Below are positions 59,408-64,000 of a DNA stretch of 64,000 bases, piece by piece. A program made the position numbers and the translations under genes. Position 1 is the first letter of the stretch. Every line of letters begins with the position of its first letter. The notes beneath the pieces were generated by a model, which saw nothing but the letters and a program-made list of their open reading frames with translations, was not told where the DNA came from and did not search any database. Origin of the DNA: Amoebophrya sp. A120 (taxonomy: Eukaryota; Protista; Dinoflagellata); contig CAJINV010000003.1 of assembly GCA_905178155.1 (NCBI GenBank), forward strand, positions 3,251,319-3,315,318, written 5' to 3'.

Positions 59408-61378
59408 TTTATTCACACTCTTTTTTCAGTTGTATATGATTTTGAGGAAGTAAGCGTACTGAGCGGGAGGCGCCGATTTCTTCGGATGAGAACTCTTGCC
59501 GGGAACTACTACGGGGAACGAAGAAGTAAGTACATACAATCAATGTGCAAAAAGATGCGGGGTACAGACAGACAAACTGGTACGTTTACAACTAGCTACT
59601 CATACTGTACTCTGAATGGTTCCAAGAACACGGGTCGGCGAAAATCTATCATGGACGTGCCATATCGGTTTCGGTAGTCGTATTAGCTAGTCCTGGAGGT
59701 GTCTGCTCGTGTTTTCTACGGAGGGTACATTTGTTTCTAGCTATATGCTAACTACAACAATCTCGTCGAATCAGTACACAACGACCGGCAGAGGAAAATC
59801 CTGGGGATGCATGAAAGGGGTCCGGGGTACCTGTTAAGAACGATGCCACAGCGGATTTGAGTACAGGGGTCGCTTGCACGACTTTTCCATCCAGGTCAGT
59901 TTCTCAAACAGATGCTGAACGAAAACGATTCCTTCAAAGGCTCGCACGTTACCGACTCTGTGTTTTACTGGCGTTGTTTATTGTTCCAATGGAAACAACA
60001 TACAGAGTGTGTTCTTTAGTTTTTCTCACTGACTTCCGGACGTCGACATTCGCTGCTTCAGAAATAAAGCAAAAAACGGGCCGAATGTAGGTACATACTC
60101 AACACAGGTGGAGACAGTGCGAAAAGAACGAATTACCGAGCAGCTTTCTCATCTGTAGCCGGCGTCAAGAGGAAGAAGAACCGATGGAAATAATAGTTCT
60201 TCCGGAGTACGAAGTTGATGCATGGTTGACGACGGAGAATAAAAAACGAAGGGATAAATTATTTGCGAACACTTTGACGGTACGACACACAGGTCCTCTG
60301 CCGAAAAAAAAATGCCCGGTGTCACGATTGACACGAATGTCTTCATGAAGAGCCATTAGTGTAATAAATGCGATTCACAGATGTCGGGAACAATAGGTAC
60401 AATCATGATGAGTAGGATGTAAAGTTTTTGGGACATGAGATGAAATAAATCTGGAGAGCGAGCAGATTTCGCATTTCGCAGAACTCCTCATCTTCGGCGC
60501 CGCTGCCCGGCGGGAAGTCGGTGGAAGTCAACCACCTTGATCCACAGCAGGAGACCAGTCGCTGGTTAGTGACGCGGTCGTTGCTGCAACGATTAGCAGG
60601 ACACGACCGGCACTCGTGAACAGTCCGAGAGAAGGCTAACCCACGCTCCGCAGCTGTCTCGTCGCTCAACAGCTGGATGAAGCGATAAGCGTCACTCGAG
60701 AAAAGTAGGACCACCGGCCGCTTGCACTACAGGTTGCGACGTGGCGACGCGCCTTCGCCTCATGCTTTTCTCATAATTTGAAAAGGGGTCCGGTCCTCGT
60801 GAGGCGGAAGATGATATTCGGCCCGACTACGAGGTAAGCAACAGAGGGAGAAAAGAAGCGTTCTACCTCTGTTGCCAAACCATTTTCGATCGGACAAGTC
60901 CGCCACGCCACAGAGTTTCCTGATGAAGATTGTCGCTGTTCGAGATCGGAATGATCACGCCTGCCGAATTGCGTCACCACGCTCCATGCGGCACAGGATT
61001 CGTGACTTCTCCTCTCCGGCTGGGCACCGGGAAAAATATCGGAACAATACAGGGGTAGAAGTTATGTGTGCGGGCGGCGCGAATAAAGCGAATACGTGCA
61101 GGAAGAAATCAGCTGCAATATGTTGTGGTTGTGGATGGAGTGGTCTTCACCTCTGCAATAACGTAGTTTTATGGTAGGACCCGAAACTTGTTGTGTAGTC
61201 GATCACTTCTGCAATTTCTATCTCACCAAGGGCCGCGAGGAGGAAAATATGATTCTCTGAGCTGGGACGGCGTGCGTAGACGTAGAGCTGCTGGGCGGCG
61301 GTACAAATTGACAAATAATGATCGCCTGCTCCGTGGGCCCCGCAGACGGAAACAAATAAGTAGTAGGACGAGGAACCA

Positions 61379-62437
61379 CTAGCCTGCGGCTCGACAATTT
61401 CCGCGCTTCAGCTTCAGACTGCGATCTTTCGTGAGTTGCACCGTGTACTTCTCCTCGTTAGGGTCGTAGGAAGCGATGGTGCCCCACTTCTCGTTATACT
61501 GTGTGGCACCCGTAAGGCCAACGACCTGCACCGCGGTTCGTTTTGGCAGGATGACGCTGGCGGTCGGGATCGCGATAACGGTGTTCTCCTCGAATACTTG
61601 CACTGTGTACCTGTCCTTTTCCCGGTCATACTTCAGAATCTTGCCCTTTTTCCCGTTCAAAGCTGGCTTGCTGCTGATGTTCGTTAGCGTGACACCCTCG
61701 ACTTCGAGAGCGAGTTTGTCCGGGGTGAGGGACAGCGTCTGGTTGTTTGACAAAGCGACCAGGTATCGGTTCTTCTCCTTGTCGTACGACTGAATAGTGC
61801 CCGCGCGCTCGTTGTGCTGCGCTTGCGTCTGCAGGTTCTGGATGATCACCTTTTGCCCGATGGGGATTTCATTTGGACCCTGTTGCACGGCCTGCTGTTG
61901 ATGGGGACCACCGCCTCTCCCGCCGCCCTTGCCGCGCATTTGTGCAAAAGGATCGCCGCCCATTCGCATGCCGCCCATGGGACCACCACCTCCCATCCCC
62001 ATGGGCCCGAACCCGTCGCCGCCAAACTGGATGTGGATCCCGCTGCCCCCTGGGCCGCCGCCAAAGCCGCCGTCAAAGGGGTCGCCGCCGCCGAAAAACG
62101 CTCGGAAAATCGCGTCCGCATCGTTGAAGGACATTCCGGGGCCGCCGGAGGAGAAGTGCATCCCGCCTGGCCCGGCGCCGGGACCGCCACCGCCGCCCTG
62201 CTCGAAAGCCGCTTTCCCGAACTGGTCGTACATTTTTCTCTTCTCCTTGTCGGAGAGCACCTCGTAGGCCTCGGTTACCTTCTTGAACTTCTCCTCCGCG
62301 GCCTCCTTGTTGTCCGGGTTCTTGTCGGGGTGCCATTTTAGTGCGGCTTTCTTGTAGGCTTTCGCGATCGCCTTGTCGTCCGCGGATTTCTCCACTCCGA
62401 GCACTTTATAGAAATCGTCCGAGTTAACGTCACCCAT
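61379..62437 (-). CDS. DnaJ/Hsp40 protein: J domain, G/F-rich linker, three SH3-like beta repeats
   Basis: '[38 protein letters not shown]' with HPD; G/F region; three repeats of V.I..L......N...G.I..YD....RY.V. Confidence 0.92.
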   Translation of the reverse strand: MGDVNSDDFYKVLGVEKSADDKAIAKAYKKAALKWHPDKNPDNKEAAEEKFKKVTEAYEVLSDKEKRKMYDQFGKAAFEQGGGGGPGAGPGGMHFSSGGPGMSFNDADAIFRAFFGGGDPFDGGFGGGPGGSGIHIQFGGDGFGPMGMGGGGPMGGMRMGGDPFAQMRGKGGGRGGGPHQQQAVQQGPNEIPIGQKVIIQNLQTQAQHNERAGTIQSYDKEKNRYLVALSNNQTLSLTPDKLALEVEGVTLTNISSKPALNGKKGKILKYDREKDRYTVQVFEENTVIAIPTASVILPKRTAVQVVGLTGATQYNEKWGTIASYDPNEEKYTVQLTKDRSLKLKRGNCRAAG

Positions 62438-63392
62438 TTTTAATGCTTTTCTTGATATAACCAATTAGAATTGCTCTTTCTCTTTTCGCAAACAAATGAA
62501 CAAGGCACAGGATCGCTAGGCGATCCAGTACTTCTTGTTGGGTTTAAAAAATTCCTTCAACAACTACTAGCGTTTAGATGTTGTAATATTAAATCATCCT
62601 CGCGAAGAAGATGATGGTCGTTGGATTTTTACTGTTCAACGTCGGTAGAAGGCCGCGCACAACTTTCTTACTAGGTTGCGGAAATAAACGTCGTCACTTG
62701 ATGTCCTCCCGGAAAAAACAATCTCGTCTGCCTTGCCCGGTGCACTCAGCTCTATGCAGCTTTTTGCAGCTCCAGATGAAGTGGTGGTCCTTGTTGAGCA
62801 GCCCCAGAATGTTCTTGCGAAAACTAGGTTGTTTGCCTCGGTTTTATCGTTAATTGGGAAACAAATTTGCGGGTCGAGGACTTTGAATTCTCGGACAAAG
62901 ACACTCGGATACAACGGGTCGGGTGAGGGTGAGGCTCAAGCAGTGTGTAAAACTGCAAATCAAAAGTTGGAGTAGAACAAAGAGAAATTTTTATGCAGCC
63001 AACAGAATTATAATTTGAGAAGTGTGACAGTGACGGAGACTATAGTGCAGCGGAAGGCGCTATTAGTACTCTACTAGGGCGTGAAGATATTATGTCTACA
63101 AATTACGCGTTGTGTTGAGGTCCTGCAGAATTGGAAGCATTTTCACGCAACTACATATTGAAACGTTTCATGAACTGGCTTCCGGTAGTAGTCAACACAG
63201 TTGCCCCCGTGCGTGGTGTCTCCCCGTACGATGCAGTATTAGAGAGACGCACACATCACAAACAACACTGGCTGACGACGGACTGGAAGCGGGCGAATTT
63301 GAGGCAGGGAGGTGATTTTCGGATCGGCAGCAAAGAGGAAATCTTAAAGAACTATAACCGACGGCTCTACTTCTATTTCGATTGTATTGTTT

Positions 63393-63797
63393 TCAACTGT
63401 ATTTGATGCAATTTTGCGCTGTGACAGGTTCTTTCATTTTTTCAATTTCCGCGACCCGCTCGACAATTCTCCTAGCATTTTCTTCTAAGGCTCGGCGATT
63501 TATTTCATCAATCTGATTTCGTGGATCTAGTACGGGATCTTTGTAGATTTTCTTGTCTCTTTTTAGATGAACACTCGTCGTCATCCACATGAAGTATGAA
63601 CTGAGGATATTGAAGGGTCTTTCGTGAAGCTGCCCTGCTGTGCTGTATGAATTTTCTCGCTTTTCCTTTTGTTCCACGTTTTTCGTCACTTTTTGCACCT
63701 CGAGAGACAAGTTGAAATTTCGTCGTTGCATGTCCATGTCAGAGTTGAGTTGGGAAGCAGACCTCGTCTTCGTCATAAATTTTGCAATCTCTACCAT
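63393..63797 (-). CDS. Hypothetical protein or exon
   Basis: 134-aa ATG ORF with a coiled-coil-like end; no recognised motif. Confidence 0.3.
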   Translation of the reverse strand: MVEIAKFMTKTRSASQLNSDMDMQRRNFNLSLEVQKVTKNVEQKEKRENSYSTAGQLHERPFNILSSYFMWMTTSVHLKRDKKIYKDPVLDPRNQIDEINRRALEENARRIVERVAEIEKMKEPVTAQNCIKYS

Positions 63798-63844
63798 GAC
63801 TAGTTATAAGTCAGAAAACCCATTATTTAATAGTATCCCGCAAT

Positions 63845-64000
63845 AAAAACAAACAATAGAAACGAAAAACAAAAACAAAGAATGGAAACGAAAAACGAAA
63901 ACAAAGAATGGAAACAAAGAATGGAAACGAAAAACGAAAACAAAGAATGGAAACGAAAAACGAAAACAAAGAATAGAAACGAAAAACGAAAACAAAGAAT
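63845..64000. repeat. A-rich 26-bp tandem repeat (GGAAACGAAAAACGAAAACAAAGAAT), runs off the window edge
   Basis: Directly visible; period 26 (63921 vs 63947). Confidence 0.9.

Noticed and set aside
59450-61350. Gene in the RING-DnaJ interval
   Set aside because: Only short ORFs with no recognisable motif or convincing splice chain.
63845-64000. Telomeric repeat
   Set aside because: The 26-bp A-rich unit lacks a TTAGGG/TTTAGGG-type motif.
1-64000. tRNA or rRNA genes
   Set aside because: None recognised by eye; tRNAscan-SE/Infernal would be needed to exclude them.

Overview
Eukaryotic (protist) genomic DNA; the gene style, inverted-repeat 'introner' introns and a myzozoan-type NDUFA4-like gene suggest a syndinian dinoflagellate such as Amoebophrya (inference only). 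Host genes form two converging blocks. The + strand block (0.5-11.9 kb) holds a PH-domain protein, a secreted mucin/F-type-lectin protein and an SDR. The - strand block (41-64 kb) holds NDUFA4-like, TRM10-like, a Cys-rich secreted protein, GH99, a giant membrane RING-H2 protein and DnaJ. At the convergence point an AT-rich island is split by the main finding: a 27.5-kb giant DNA transposon (12149-39675). It has 49-bp imperfect terminal inverted repeats and a perfect 8-bp target-site duplication (AATTATGG). It encodes a ~1570-aa candidate DDE transposase (D..D..CxxH..E) and at least six co-oriented, GT-AG-spliced orphan cargo genes, among them an H3-like histone-fold protein and a SUMO-interacting-motif protein. 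It also carries a ~2.5-kb array of 73-bp palindromic repeats and a 110-bp palindrome. Separately, three non-canonical introns in host genes are TIR elements with TA..TA ends and 5-bp NNTCG duplications; removing each restores the reading frame. All protein calls are by-eye motif recognition, not database hits.
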